A DNA stretch of 64,000 nt from Pseudomonadota bacterium (GTDB lineage Bacteria > Pseudomonadota > Gammaproteobacteria > Burkholderiales > Ferrovaceae), in NCBI GenBank assembly GCA_021832305.1, contig JAKBLB010000002.1, forward strand, positions 44,794 to 108,793, in the 5' to 3' direction. Numbering within the stretch: the stretch's first letter is position 1; each line of letters starts with the position of its first letter. The notes below the pieces were generated by a model, which saw only the letters and a program-made list of their open reading frames with translations, ran no database searches and was not told where the DNA came from. This document shows positions 34,739 through 45,596 of the stretch, piece by piece. Made by a program: the position numbers and the translations under genes.

Positions 34739-35614
34739 ATGGCCAATCTCCAGGAAATCCGGAGCAAAATCGGGACCGTACAGAATTTGCAGAAGTTGAC
34801 GCGAGCCATGGAGATGGTGGCGCGTAGCAAGATCGGCAAGATCATGATGCGCATGGAGGCAGCCCGTCCCTTTGGCGAGAAGGTGCGCGTCATTGCGGCC
34901 CATATGCACCATGCCCGTCTCGAGTACCACTCTCCCTACCTGACCCAGCGCATGCCCATGAAACGGGTGGGACTGATTCTGGTGACCACCGACAAGGGGA
35001 TGTGTGGCGGTTTGAATACCCGCTTGTTCCGCCAATTGGGAGAGCATCTGAGGGAATGGAGCCGGAACGGGATGGTACCGGAAGTGTGCGTGATCGGCAA
35101 TCAGGGGTTGAGTTTCATGCGCCGTCTGGGTTTGCCGGTGGTTGCGCAGGTGGTGGGACTGGGAGACACGCCCCGGATGGAACGACTGGTCGGGCCTCTG
35201 GATGTGGTCCTCAAGAAATTTCGGGAAGGTCGGATCGATGGCGTATTCCTGGCCTATTCGCATTTTGTCAACGTGCTGGTTCAGCGCCCCGTGGTGGAAG
35301 TCCTGTTGCCGCTCTCGGGTGAGCGACTGGGCGCGCCGACGGGAGCCTGGGACTACCTGTACGAACCGGATCCATCGACGGTCGTGGATCGCATGCTGCG
35401 CCGCTACCTGGAAACCTTGATCTGGCTGGCGGTGGCCGAGAACATGGCTTCCGAGCAAGGGGCGCGGATGATGGCGATGAAGGCGGCCAGTGACAATGCC
35501 CGGGAAGCAATGGAAGACCTTCAGCACCTCTACCACCGTTCCCGTCAGGAACAAATCACCCGCGAACTGGTCGAGATCACCTCCGGGGCGGCAGCGACGG
35601 GAGGGGTAGGATGA
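34739..35614 (+). CDS. atpG: F1 ATP synthase gamma subunit paralog (orphan)
   Basis: EIRSKI, AMEMVA, TTDKGMCGGLN, WDYLYEPD, ENMASEQGARMMAMKAASDN, ITRELVEITSGAAA. Confidence 0.9.
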   Translation: MANLQEIRSKIGTVQNLQKLTRAMEMVARSKIGKIMMRMEAARPFGEKVRVIAAHMHHARLEYHSPYLTQRMPMKRVGLILVTTDKGMCGGLNTRLFRQLGEHLREWSRNGMVPEVCVIGNQGLSFMRRLGLPVVAQVVGLGDTPRMERLVGPLDVVLKKFREGRIDGVFLAYSHFVNVLVQRPVVEVLLPLSGERLGAPTGAWDYLYEPDPSTVVDRMLRRYLETLIWLAVAENMASEQGARMMAMKAASDNAREAMEDLQHLYHRSRQEQITRELVEITSGAAATGGVG

Positions 35615-36039
35615 AGTTGTTCCAGGTGGATATCGTCAGTCTGGAACGATCGGTTTTTTCGGGGCAGGCTTCCTTCGTGGTGATCCCGGGGGAACAGGGC
35701 GATTTGGGAATTTTGCCGGGCCATGCTCCGCTCATGGCGGAATTGCGTCCGGGCTGGGTGCGGGTGGATCAGGGAGATCCCGTGGCCGAAGAGCATTTTT
35801 ATGTTTCCGGTGGCGCGGTGGAGGTCCAGCCGGAACGGGTAACCATCCTGCTCGATTTCGTCCTGGCAGCGCCGGAAGACACCGGCGGGGAAGAGCAGGA
35901 GAGGCAGCAGGCCCGGGAGAATTTGTTGCGTGCGCGGGTATCGGCGCTCGAATATGCCCAGATGGAAGCGGCTCTCTACAAGGCCTTGAATGGCTTGCAG
36001 AGTGGGCAACATCCCCTGCGGCGCAAGAGAATCCGTTGA
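35611..36039 (+). CDS. atpC: F1 ATP synthase epsilon subunit paralog (orphan)
   Basis: DIVSLERSVFSG, GDLGILPGHAPL, YVSGGAVEVQP; helical C-terminal domain ending RRKRIR. Confidence 0.9.
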   Translation: MKLFQVDIVSLERSVFSGQASFVVIPGEQGDLGILPGHAPLMAELRPGWVRVDQGDPVAEEHFYVSGGAVEVQPERVTILLDFVLAAPEDTGGEEQERQQARENLLRARVSALEYAQMEAALYKALNGLQSGQHPLRRKRIR

Positions 36040-36115
36040 AATGGGCGGTCCTGACAGGAAAATCGGGTAAAATCCGGGGTTCTATCCAACCTTTTACCTT
36101 CAGTCGAAACGGATC

Positions 36116-38719
36116 ATGAAATCTTCCGCCCTGCGTACGCGTTTTCTGCAGTTCTTTGCCCGGCACGGACATACCATCGTGCCTTCCAGTTCCCTGGTGC
36201 CCGCTCATGACCCGACCCTGCTCTTCACCAACTCGGGCATGGTCCAGTTCAAGGATGTCTTTCTCGGCAAGGAACAGCGTCCTTACACGCGCGCCACCAG
36301 CAGCCAGCGCAGCGTGCGTGCGGGGGGGAAGCACAATGATCTGGAGAACGTGGGCTATACGGCACGCCACCATACTTTCTTCGAGATGCTGGGCAATTTC
36401 AGTTTTGGCGACTATTTCAAACGCGCTGCCATCGGGTATGCCTGGCAGTTTCTGACGGAGGAACTGGGGCTGCCCAAGGAGCGTTTGTGGGTGACGGTCT
36501 ACCATGACGATGAAGAAGCCGCCACGATCTGGCTCGACGAGATCGGCGTGGATCCCGCCCGTTTTACCCGCATTGCCACGGCAGACAACTTCTGGCAAAT
36601 GGGCGATACGGGGCCCTGCGGACCCTGCAGCGAAATTTTTTATGATCATGGCCCCGATGTGGCGGGAGGCCCCCCGGGGTCGGCCGAGTCCGAGGGCGAT
36701 CGGTACATCGAAATCTGGAATCTGGTGTTCATGCAGTTCAATCGCGATGAACAGGGGGTATTGCACCCCTTGCCCCGTCCTTCGGTGGATACGGGAATGG
36801 GGCTGGAACGAATTGCGGCGATTTTGCAGGGCGTACACAGCAACTACGAGATCGATCTGTTTCGTGACCTGATTGCGGCGGCCCAACGTCATACGGGGAC
36901 TTCGGACTCTGCCAGCCAGTCCTTGCGCGTCATTGCGGACCATATCCGGGCCTGTGCCTTTCTGATCGTGGATGGCATCGTTCCGGGAAACGAGGGGCGG
37001 GGTTATGTGCTGCGCCGGATCATCCGGCGTGCCATTCGTCATGGTTATCGACTGGGTCAGAAACAGCCCTTCTTTTACCGTTTGGTGGAGGATCTGGTGA
37101 CGGTGATGGGAGACGCCTATCCCGAACTCGTGGCGGCGCAGGAGCGGGTGAAGGCCGTGCTTCTGCAGGAAGAGGAACGTTTTGCTGAAACGCTCGAGCA
37201 TGGATTGGCCGTGCTGGATGAGGCGCTGCGTCTGAACGCCGAACATCTCTCCGGCGAGGTGATCTTTCGCCTTGCGGATACCTATGGATTCCCCATGGAC
37301 CTGACCGCAGACATTGCGCGTGAACGGGGAGCGACGCTGGACCGGGAGGGTTTCGAGCAGGCCATGGCGCAACAACGTGAACGGGCTCGTGCAGCTTCCC
37401 GCTTCACGGCACACAGTGGCGTGGATTATGACGGACCCGCGACGACATTTGTCGGATATGACCTGCTCCAGGAGTCGAGCGTGGTGCAGGCTCTCTATCA
37501 TGAAGGAAGTCCGGTGACACGACTGGAGGCGGGTCAGGAAGGGATCGTGGTGCTCGATCGCACCCCGTTCTACGCCGAAGCAGGGGGGCAAGTGGGGGAT
37601 CGGGGGCGGCTGGAAGGGAGCACCAGTCATTTCGAGGTGAGCGATACCCAAAAAATCCAGGCCCAGGTTTTTGGTCATCAGGGGCGCCTGCTCGAGGGAA
37701 CCTTGAGCGTGGGTGACCCCGTGTCGGGACACGTCGACGAAACTGCGCGCCAGCAGGCCGCCCTCAACCATTCGGCCACCCACCTGCTACATGCAGCCTT
37801 GCGTGCGGTGTTGGGTAGCCATGTGGCTCAGCGGGGTTCGTTGGTGGATGCCCAGCGCACCCGTTTTGACTTTTCCCATGGCGAATCCTTGACGAACGAG
37901 CAGATGCAGGCGGTGGAAACGCTGGTCAACGGTGAGATTCGGCGGAATGTGCCAGTTTCCGTTCGGACGATGAACTACGATGAGGCCCTGCGGCAGGGGG
38001 CCATGGCCTTGTTTGGCGAAAAATATGGCGCCGAGGTGCGGGTCATCGGCATGGGCGCGTTTTCCACCGAACTGTGTGGGGGAACGCATGTCACCCGGAC
38101 GGGGGACCTCGGATTGTTTCGCCTGGTGGCCCAGTCCGGCGTGGCGGCAGGGACCCGGCGCGTGGAGGGGGTAACGGGCGCAGCGGCTTTGCTCTGGACC
38201 CAACAGGAACAGCGCCAACTGTACGATCTTGCGCAACGACTCCATGCCACGCCCCAGGAAGCCGCCAAACGCCTGCAGCAACTGCTGGAGCATGGTCAGG
38301 CGCGGGAACGGGAATTGACCCGCCTGAAGACGCAGGTCGCGGCGCGGGCCGGGGTGGCCCTGCTCGATCAGGCGCTGGCCGTGGATGGCGTGCGGGTTCT
38401 GGCGACCTCTTTGCCCGATACTGATGCCAAAGGCCTCCGTGAGGCCTGGGATGCCCTCAAGGGGCAAGCCGGCTCTGCGGTGATCGTGCTGGCGGCGGTA
38501 CAGGAAGGACGCGTGGCGATGCTGGCGGGCGTGACCGCCGACCTGATCCCGCGCATCAAGGCCGGGGAACTGGTGGGCTATCTTGCGCAGCAGGTGGGAG
38601 GGAAGGGAGGCGGGCGTGCCGACCTGGCCCAGGCCGGAGGGACCCGACCCGAGGCATTACCGGCGGCGTTGGCCTCGGTTCTGCCCTGGGTCGGCGCACG
38701 TCTTCAAGGGTCAGCGTGA
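36116..38719 (+). CDS. alaS: Alanine--tRNA ligase
   Basis: [53 protein letters not shown]. Confidence 0.98.
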   Translation: MKSSALRTRFLQFFARHGHTIVPSSSLVPAHDPTLLFTNSGMVQFKDVFLGKEQRPYTRATSSQRSVRAGGKHNDLENVGYTARHHTFFEMLGNFSFGDYFKRAAIGYAWQFLTEELGLPKERLWVTVYHDDEEAATIWLDEIGVDPARFTRIATADNFWQMGDTGPCGPCSEIFYDHGPDVAGGPPGSAESEGDRYIEIWNLVFMQFNRDEQGVLHPLPRPSVDTGMGLERIAAILQGVHSNYEIDLFRDLIAAAQRHTGTSDSASQSLRVIADHIRACAFLIVDGIVPGNEGRGYVLRRIIRRAIRHGYRLGQKQPFFYRLVEDLVTVMGDAYPELVAAQERVKAVLLQEEERFAETLEHGLAVLDEALRLNAEHLSGEVIFRLADTYGFPMDLTADIARERGATLDREGFEQAMAQQRERARAASRFTAHSGVDYDGPATTFVGYDLLQESSVVQALYHEGSPVTRLEAGQEGIVVLDRTPFYAEAGGQVGDRGRLEGSTSHFEVSDTQKIQAQVFGHQGRLLEGTLSVGDPVSGHVDETARQQAALNHSATHLLHAALRAVLGSHVAQRGSLVDAQRTRFDFSHGESLTNEQMQAVETLVNGEIRRNVPVSVRTMNYDEALRQGAMALFGEKYGAEVRVIGMGAFSTELCGGTHVTRTGDLGLFRLVAQSGVAAGTRRVEGVTGAAALLWTQQEQRQLYDLAQRLHATPQEAAKRLQQLLEHGQARERELTRLKTQVAARAGVALLDQALAVDGVRVLATSLPDTDAKGLREAWDALKGQAGSAVIVLAAVQEGRVAMLAGVTADLIPRIKAGELVGYLAQQVGGKGGGRADLAQAGGTRPEALPAALASVLPWVGARLQGSA

Positions 38720-39532
38720 CACCTCGAGGTTGTCGATGAGGCGTGTGCGCCCCAGGCGTGCGGCCCCCAAAACCACCAGGGAACGATCCTCCGGGGTGGG
38801 TTCGCTCAGGTCCCGGGCACGGCGCACGACCATATAATCCGTCGACCAGCAGGTGGGATCGAGGGGGCTTCGCTCCAGACTTTCTTGCGGCGTTTTTCCC
38901 TGTTTCAAGGCTTCGGCCACGGCCTCGAGGGCTCGGTAGAGTTCGGGAGCGCGCTCCCGTTCCGCCGGACTCAGGTAACTGTTGCGCGAACTGAGCGCCA
39001 GACCATCGGGAGCCCGTACCGTTTCAGCCGCCAGGAGCGTGACGGGTAGCGCCAGTTGGCGCACCATGGTGCGCAGAATCAGGGTTTGCTGATAATCCTT
39101 CTTGCCGAAGATGGCCACCTGAGGCTGAACCATATGGAACAGTTTCAGGACCACGGTGGCCACCCCCCGAAAATGTCCGGGCCGGAAGGCTCCTTCCAGT
39201 TCGTTCTGAAGCGGGGAAGGGTCGACGGTGACACTTTGAGGTTCGGGATACATCTCGTTTTCCGAGGGGGCGAAGACCACGGAGCAACCGACCTGTTCCA
39301 AACGGGCGCAGTCTTCCGCCAGGGAGCGCGGATAACGGGAGAAGTCTTCCTGCGGACCGAATTGCAGGGGATTGACGAAAATGCTGGCCACCACGCAGGT
39401 GGCCCGAGGCTGGACACGGCGGACCAGGTCGATATGCCCGTCATGGAGGTGTCCCATGGTGGGCACCAGGGCAACCGTGGGTTCTTGGGCGAGACGGTCG
39501 CGCAGGGCGCTGAGGGTATGCAGAATATCCAT
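38711..39532 (-). CDS. panC: Pantoate--beta-alanine ligase
   Basis: [47 protein letters not shown]. Confidence 0.96.
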   Translation of the reverse strand: MDILHTLSALRDRLAQEPTVALVPTMGHLHDGHIDLVRRVQPRATCVVASIFVNPLQFGPQEDFSRYPRSLAEDCARLEQVGCSVVFAPSENEMYPEPQSVTVDPSPLQNELEGAFRPGHFRGVATVVLKLFHMVQPQVAIFGKKDYQQTLILRTMVRQLALPVTLLAAETVRAPDGLALSSRNSYLSPAERERAPELYRALEAVAEALKQGKTPQESLERSPLDPTCWSTDYMVVRRARDLSEPTPEDRSLVVLGAARLGRTRLIDNLEVSR

Positions 39533-39550
39533 GGAACGTTCAGGAGCGGG

Positions 39551-40066
39551 TCATAGGGGCAGGGCCATGGGGCCGGGACAGTTGGACAGCAACCGGGCAA
39601 TGGTGCCCTGTCCGGGGATCACGAGGGTTTCCGGGGCCACGTCGAGCCAGGGCAGGAGCACGAAGGAACGTTGGGCAAGGCGTGGATGAGGGAGGGTCAA
39701 ATGCGCATTCTGGAGGCATTCCGTCCCATACATCAGGATATCCAGATCCAGGGTGCGCGGCCCATTGGCAAACAGCCGCACCCGTCCATGGGCCTGTTCC
39801 AGGCGCAACAATTCAGACAGCAAGGTTTCGGGGTCGAGGGCCGTTTCGATGTGCGCGACGGCATTGATGAAATCCGGCTGATCCGGATGTCCGAAGGGAG
39901 GGCTCCGGTACAGGTGCGAACGGGCAATCAGACGGGTCCCGGGGAAAGATCCCAGGCTATCGAGGGCCGACGTGACCTGGTGGACCGGGTCGGCCAGATT
40001 GCTGCCCACGCCGATGTACGCCGTGACGGGAGTGAGGTGCCGGGCGGGAAGGGAAGCCGGGTTCAT
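39551..40066 (-). CDS. folK: 2-amino-4-hydroxy-6-hydroxymethyldihydropteridine diphosphokinase
   Basis: AYIGVGSN, QPDFINAV, GPRTLDLDIL, LPHPRL. Confidence 0.95.
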   Translation of the reverse strand: MNPASLPARHLTPVTAYIGVGSNLADPVHQVTSALDSLGSFPGTRLIARSHLYRSPPFGHPDQPDFINAVAHIETALDPETLLSELLRLEQAHGRVRLFANGPRTLDLDILMYGTECLQNAHLTLPHPRLAQRSFVLLPWLDVAPETLVIPGQGTIARLLSNCPGPMALPL

Positions 40067-41370
40067 GGGGAACGACGGCGACGCGACCGTGGTTTGCGGG
40101 TCTCCTGCACCAGAAGGGAAGTGCGGGTGTCGGGGTCGGCTTCCTGAAAGGTTTGCCACCAAACGCTCAACTCTGGCGTGACATCGCCGCTGGCGGACCG
40201 GAGCAACAGAAAATCGTATCCCGCCCGGAAGCGGGGGGTTTCCAGCAGACGGAAAGGGCGCTGACCGTTGCGTTGCTCGAAACGGGGCTGAAGACCCCAA
40301 ATTTCCTTCATGGTGCCATCGAATCGGTGCGGGATGGGCAGGGTTTTGCGCTGCGCATCGAGGACCGTTTCCATGGCCCCAAACAGGGCGGGATAGAGGG
40401 GTTCTCCCTGGGCTTGGCGGGCCTGCCAAAGGGTATGAACCGAAGGCCAGAACAGGGCAGCCAGCAGAAAGCCCGGAGAAACCGTTTTTTTGGCCTGTAA
40501 CCGTTCGTCGGTATCGTTCAACGCCAGCGTGATGAAACGCGCATGGTCCGGGTTGGATTGCAGGGCGTCGAGATGGGGCAGGATATGGCGATGCAGCCCG
40601 AACTGGCGAAGCAGCTCGAGGCAGGTCCGGGCTTGCCCGGACAACAGTAATTTGAGTAATTCATCGAACAGGCGAGATTCGGGAATGGGGGCCAGCAGAT
40701 CGCCCAGGTCATGCAGGGGAGCGATCAGGGTAGGATCCAGGGTGAAACCCAACTTGGCGCTGAAGCGGATGGCGCGCAGCAAGCGTACCGGATCTTCACG
40801 AAACCGGTGGACGGGGTCTCCAATCATGACCAGACGGCGAGCGGCGATGTCTTCGGCTCCGGAGAAATAATCCAGCAGGAGGTTGTGGACCGGATCGTAG
40901 AACAATGCGTTGGCGGTGAAGTCGCGGCGGGCAGCATCTTCTTCCAGGGTACCAAAGACATTGTCACGGGTCAGGCGACCATGCTCATCGGTCTGGGAAT
41001 GATGGTCATGGGGCGCATGGCCCCGAAAGGTGGTGACTTCAACGATTTCATCGTGACAGGGGACATGGATGATCTGGAAGCGCCGTCCGATGATGCGCGA
41101 GCGCCGGATCAGGCGCCGGATCTGTTCGGGCGTGGCATTGGTGGCGACATCGAAGTCCTTGGGGGGGTGCTGGAGGAGCAGGTCGCGCACGGCGCCTCCC
41201 ACCACATAGGCTTGAAAACCGTTTTCCTGGAGGGTCTTGATCACGCGCAAAGCGCAGGGGCTGATGGCCTGGGGGCGCAGGGAGTGCTGCGATGCGGTCA
41301 GCGTATGCAATTTTCCGCTACGGCGGGATTTTTTGGGTCCGAAGACCTTGTTCAGAAAACGCCGGATCAT
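40063..41370 (-). CDS. pcnB: Poly(A) polymerase I
   Basis: VGGAVRDLLL, PKDFDVAT, RIIGRRF, RRDFTANAL, EDPVRLLRA. Confidence 0.95.
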   Translation of the reverse strand: MIRRFLNKVFGPKKSRRSGKLHTLTASQHSLRPQAISPCALRVIKTLQENGFQAYVVGGAVRDLLLQHPPKDFDVATNATPEQIRRLIRRSRIIGRRFQIIHVPCHDEIVEVTTFRGHAPHDHHSQTDEHGRLTRDNVFGTLEEDAARRDFTANALFYDPVHNLLLDYFSGAEDIAARRLVMIGDPVHRFREDPVRLLRAIRFSAKLGFTLDPTLIAPLHDLGDLLAPIPESRLFDELLKLLLSGQARTCLELLRQFGLHRHILPHLDALQSNPDHARFITLALNDTDERLQAKKTVSPGFLLAALFWPSVHTLWQARQAQGEPLYPALFGAMETVLDAQRKTLPIPHRFDGTMKEIWGLQPRFEQRNGQRPFRLLETPRFRAGYDFLLLRSASGDVTPELSVWWQTFQEADPDTRTSLLVQETRKPRSRRRRSP

Positions 41371-41371
41371 G

Positions 41372-42040
41372 TCAGGATTTCCAATAATAGACGGGCCAAC
41401 CTCGTTGTCTGGCCAGATCAGAGAGAACGGGGTCGGGATTCACAACCACGGGTTCGCTGGCCCGCTCCAGCAAGGGGAGGTCGTTCTGGGAATCGCTGTA
41501 GAATGCAGTTTCCGTAAAGTCCTGCCAGCGGTGGCCCAGATCCGCCAGCCACTCATCCACCCGCGTGATCTTGCCTGCCCGAAAACTGGGGGTGCCCCGT
41601 ACTTTGCCGGTGAATTGGCCGGCTTCATTCAAGGCAGGTTCGGTGGCAATCAAATGGTCGACTCCGAACAGGGTGGCAATGGGGCCTGTGACAAAACGAT
41701 TGGTGGCGGTGACGATGGCTACCAGGTGAGCCTGCGCCTTTTCTGCCTGGACGCGTTCGAGCGCCGCCGGACTCACCAGCGGGAGGATGCGTTCGGTCAT
41801 GAAGCGGTGATGCCACTGATCCAGTTGGGCACGGGGAAAGCGGGCCAGGGGTTCCAGCTGGAAGGCCAAAAACGCGTCGATGTCCAGCGTTCCTGCCTTG
41901 TAATCGTCATAAAAGGCCTGGTTTTTGGCTTCATAGTGAACGCGGTCCAGCACCCCTTGAGCAGCCAGAAATCGACCCCATTCAAAATCGCTGTCGCCGG
42001 ACAGCAGGGTATGGTCTAGATCAAAAAGGGCAAGGCGCAT
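41372..42040 (-). CDS. HAD-IB family hydrolase
   Basis: FDLDHTL, IVTATN, YSDSQNDLPLL. Confidence 0.9.
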   Translation of the reverse strand: MRLALFDLDHTLLSGDSDFEWGRFLAAQGVLDRVHYEAKNQAFYDDYKAGTLDIDAFLAFQLEPLARFPRAQLDQWHHRFMTERILPLVSPAALERVQAEKAQAHLVAIVTATNRFVTGPIATLFGVDHLIATEPALNEAGQFTGKVRGTPSFRAGKITRVDEWLADLGHRWQDFTETAFYSDSQNDLPLLERASEPVVVNPDPVLSDLARQRGWPVYYWKS

Positions 42041-42050
42041 GAAGGTCGGT

Positions 42051-42704
42051 TCAAGAGTGAGGGGTTCCAAGGATTTCGCGTACCATCGGCAAGGTGATGG
42101 TGGCACGGTGCGTGGCCAGGGTCCAGTGATGAAATTCTTTCATGAGCGAAAAAAGATAGTCATTGCGACGCGGGCAATGGGTGAGCAGGTACTGGGCGAC
42201 TGCCGGGGGAAGCGTGAGTCCAAGGGACTGGGCGTGGGTATGCAGGGCTGTAATTTTTTCTTCATCGTTCAATGGGGAAATTCTCAACACCAACCCCCAG
42301 GCCAGACGGGTCTTCAGGTCGGGAAAGAGGGGCAGGCGGGCCGGGGGGCAGGAACCACTGACCAGCAGCCCCAGTCCCTGATCTCGTCGCTCATTATACC
42401 GATGAAACAGGTCCAAAGCACCTTCCTTGCCCAAAAGATGCACGTCGTCCACGGCCAGACACGGGTTTTGATCGGGTTCGAAGCGGGTGTCCGGCGTGGT
42501 GCGCACAAATTCTTCGGGGCGGACCAGGGCACGCAGGAGATGGGTTTTTCCGGTACCCGACTCTCCCCAGAGATAGATCTGACGTTCTCCTTCGCCCTGT
42601 TGCCAGCGTTGTAAGGCGCTCACTACTTCTCCGTTGCTGCCTTTCACAAAATCGTCCAGGCACGGACGCAGATCGGGGGTCAGGTCGAGAATCTGCTGGC
42701 GCAT
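42051..42704 (-). CDS. hda: DnaA regulatory inactivator Hda
   Basis: YLWGESGTGKTHLL, DDVH, DLKTRLAWG. Confidence 0.9.
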   Translation of the reverse strand: MRQQILDLTPDLRPCLDDFVKGSNGEVVSALQRWQQGEGERQIYLWGESGTGKTHLLRALVRPEEFVRTTPDTRFEPDQNPCLAVDDVHLLGKEGALDLFHRYNERRDQGLGLLVSGSCPPARLPLFPDLKTRLAWGLVLRISPLNDEEKITALHTHAQSLGLTLPPAVAQYLLTHCPRRNDYLFSLMKEFHHWTLATHRATITLPMVREILGTPHS

Positions 42705-43759
42705 CAGACGGCAGTCTCCTTCGCCCACCAGATCCGGTGGAGATGCCGCAACAGGATGCGGGCGACGGCTGAGGTGGGCAAGGCGATCACGATGCCAAAA
42801 AACCCCAGCAGTTGACCAAAAGACAGCAAGGCCAGGATGACCATGACCGGGTGTAACCCGATGCGCTCTCCCACCAGACGGGGCGTGATGACCGAGCCCT
42901 CCAGCACATGGCCGGCGGCAAATACCCCGCACACGGGAAGCAGCAGGGAAGGGTCCTGGATCAGGGCGGTGAGAACTGCCAGAACAAATCCGATGAAGAC
43001 CCCCACGTAAGGAATGAAGACCAGCAATCCTGCGGTGATGCCCAAAGCCAGCCCCGAGGACAGTCCTGTGAAATGCAGACCCAGGCCATAGAACGTCGCC
43101 ATGCAGGTCATGACCAGGATCTGTCCGCGCAGGAACTGGCCCAGTACGGCATCGATTTCATGGGCCAGTTGGCGCAGGGGGGCAGCATTGCGCGGGGGAA
43201 GTTTCTGGGCCAGAGTCTGAATCAGACGGTCCCAGTCCTTGAGCAGGTAGAAGGTGACGACGGGAATCAACAACAGGGTCAGGAACAGATGAATCAGTAC
43301 CGATCCGCCGTGGCGGGCGGACAGGAGCAGGTTCTGGAGGGCGTCACTGATCGATCCCAGGTGTTGTTGCAGTAATTCGCGCCAGGTGCTCAGACTGGTA
43401 TTCCAGTCGACGCCGAGGTTCCTGGGGAGGTAGGGGATGAGGGCGGCTTGCCAGGCGTCCGTCGTGTTGGGCAAGCGTGCAATCAGTTGCAGGAGGTCAT
43501 GGGCCAGGAGCGGAAAGAGCAAGACCAGAAACCCCAATCCCAGCCCCAGAAAACTGCCCACGATGACCAGCGCCGCCAGGGGGCGGGGAAACCAGGAACG
43601 ACTCAGACGGCGAACCAGAGGGTGTCCGAGATAGGCCAGCAGGAGACCGGCCACGAAAGGCGCCAAAATATCGGCCAGGGTATAGATCAGCGCACCCAGT
43701 GCAAGCAGGGCAAGCCAAATTTCAGGGCGTTGGGTGAACCTGGGGCGTGACAGGGGCAT
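42704..43759 (-). CDS. perM: AI-2E family transporter (PerM-like)
   Basis: Multi-[27 protein letters not shown]; hda/purM synteny. Confidence 0.85.
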   Translation of the reverse strand: MPLSRPRFTQRPEIWLALLALGALIYTLADILAPFVAGLLLAYLGHPLVRRLSRSWFPRPLAALVIVGSFLGLGLGFLVLLFPLLAHDLLQLIARLPNTTDAWQAALIPYLPRNLGVDWNTSLSTWRELLQQHLGSISDALQNLLLSARHGGSVLIHLFLTLLLIPVVTFYLLKDWDRLIQTLAQKLPPRNAAPLRQLAHEIDAVLGQFLRGQILVMTCMATFYGLGLHFTGLSSGLALGITAGLLVFIPYVGVFIGFVLAVLTALIQDPSLLLPVCGVFAAGHVLEGSVITPRLVGERIGLHPVMVILALLSFGQLLGFFGIVIALPTSAVARILLRHLHRIWWAKETAV

Positions 43760-43872
43760 TTGGGTTAAAATCTGCAGGTGGAAAGAATTCGGAAGTTCCG
43801 GTCCATGACTTGACGATTTTAACAGGTCGGCATCCTTCTGGAAGGTATCCGATCCTACTTTGGAGAATTTTT

Positions 43873-44937
43873 GTGACTGTTTCCAACCCATTCAATGCCG
43901 GACTGTCCTATCGGAGTGCCGGGGTGGATATCGATGCGGGCGATGCCCTGGTGGAACGCATCAAGCCGTTTGCCCGGCGTACCCTGCGCCCGGAGGTGGT
44001 CAGCGGGATCGGTGGTTTTGCGGCTTTGGTGGAGATCAGCCAGCGGTACAAGGAGCCGGTACTCGTTTCGGGCACCGATGGCGTGGGCACCAAATTGCGT
44101 CTGGCTTTCGAGTTGAACCGCCATTCAGAGGTGGGTATCGATCTGGTGGCCATGAGCGTCAATGACATCCTGGTTCAGGGAGCGGAACCCCTGTTTTTTC
44201 TGGATTACTTTGCCTGCGGTCGGCTCGATGTGGAACAGGCGGCGACCGTGATCGAAGGGATTGCGCGCGCTTGTGAGGAAGCCGGTTGTGCACTGATCGG
44301 GGGGGAAACCGCAGAGATGCCTGATTCCTATCCGGCAGGGGAATATGATCTGGCGGGATTTGCCGTGGGTGTGGCGGAAAAGTCCGCCTTGATCGATGGC
44401 TCCACCCTGCAGGCGGGGGATTGCGTCATCGGCGTGGCTTCGAGTGGCGCTCATTCCAACGGTTTTTCCCTGATCCGCAAAATCCTCTCCCGGAGTGGGG
44501 CAGACCTGAAGGCTCCTTTTCCCGGGGGGGCGTATGGTACCGCCACGTTGGCCGATGTATTGATGACCCCCACCCGCCTCTATGTAAAACCCGTTCTGGC
44601 CCTCATGAAACAGGTGACCCTCAAGGGCATGGCCCATATTACCGGAGGGGGACTGGTGGACAATTTGCCACGGGTGCTCCCTGCAGGACTGGCTGCTCGC
44701 CTGGAGCGCGCGCGCTGGCCCCGCACCCCGCTGTTCGAGTGGCTGCAACGTAGCGGTGCCGTGACCGAGGAAGAGATGTTGCGGGTATTCAATTGCGGGG
44801 TGGGGTTGACCCTGGTGGTGGACCCTCGGGACGAAAAAGCCGTGCTGGAACATTTTGGAGCCTGGGGTTGGGAGGCCTGGACCATCGGTGAGATCGTGCC
44901 GCGCCTCGAGGCCGCGCCAGCGACCTGGGTCGCGTGA
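43873..44937 (+). CDS. purM: Phosphoribosylformylglycinamidine cyclo-ligase
   Basis: [39 protein letters not shown]. Confidence 0.97.
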   Translation: MTVSNPFNAGLSYRSAGVDIDAGDALVERIKPFARRTLRPEVVSGIGGFAALVEISQRYKEPVLVSGTDGVGTKLRLAFELNRHSEVGIDLVAMSVNDILVQGAEPLFFLDYFACGRLDVEQAATVIEGIARACEEAGCALIGGETAEMPDSYPAGEYDLAGFAVGVAEKSALIDGSTLQAGDCVIGVASSGAHSNGFSLIRKILSRSGADLKAPFPGGAYGTATLADVLMTPTRLYVKPVLALMKQVTLKGMAHITGGGLVDNLPRVLPAGLAARLERARWPRTPLFEWLQRSGAVTEEEMLRVFNCGVGLTLVVDPRDEKAVLEHFGAWGWEAWTIGEIVPRLEAAPATWVA

Positions 44938-45596
44938 GGACCATGGGTGCCGAGCGACGGGTCGTCGTTCTGATCTCCGGCCGAGGATCCAATCTGGGTG
45001 CTTTGCTGGAGGCTCGATTGCCGCTGCAGGTGGTGGCCGTCATCAGCCACAGGGCAGAGGCGGAAGGGTTGGGTTTGGCTCTGGCGCGAGGGATCCCCAC
45101 CCGCGTCATTCCCGCCGGGGCATATGCCGGGCGAACGGACTTTGACCGTGCCCTGCAGCAGGCCATCGATGATTTTACGCCCGATCTGGTGGTGCTGGCG
45201 GGTTTCATGCGGATTCTGACGCCGGAATTCGTGGCGCACTACGAGGGGCGCCTGCTCAATATCCATCCCTCCTTGTTGCCCGCTTTCCCGGGGCTGCATA
45301 CCCATCGTCGGGCCCTTGCGGAGGGGGTGGCGGTGCATGGGTGTACCGTGCATTTCGTCACGTCGGAACTGGATCGCGGACCCATCGTGGCTCAAGGGGT
45401 CGTGCCGGTATGGGCGGAGGATGATGAAGCAAGCCTGGCCGCGCGGGTTCTGCACATGGAACATCGGTTGTTTCCCCATGTGTTGCGGGGCTGGGCGGAA
45501 AATCGCTGGGTCTTGGGGGCGGACGGTCGAGTCCGGTGGCGCGATGATTCGCAAGAACAAAATTTACGCCTGCTCTGGGCTGGAGCCTCTCGATGA
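44934..45596 (+). CDS. purN: Phosphoribosylglycinamide formyltransferase
   Basis: [29 protein letters not shown]. Confidence 0.96.
   Translation: MRTMGAERRVVVLISGRGSNLGALLEARLPLQVVAVISHRAEAEGLGLALARGIPTRVIPAGAYAGRTDFDRALQQAIDDFTPDLVVLAGFMRILTPEFVAHYEGRLLNIHPSLLPAFPGLHTHRRALAEGVAVHGCTVHFVTSELDRGPIVAQGVVPVWAEDDEASLAARVLHMEHRLFPHVLRGWAENRWVLGADGRVRWRDDSQEQNLRLLWAGASR

Noticed and set aside
34739-36039. N-ATPase operon fragment as explanation for the orphan atpG/atpC
   Set aside because: The gene order (gamma then epsilon) and the sequence style match F-type enzymes, and no N-ATPase-specific genes are adjacent; a phylogeny would be needed to exclude it fully.
35732-37783. 683-aa reverse-strand ORF (also 32252-33664, 29849-31231, 60316-61497)
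   Set aside because: Antisense shadows of alaS, xfp, clpA and uup, typical of high-GC codon bias; no recognisable motifs.
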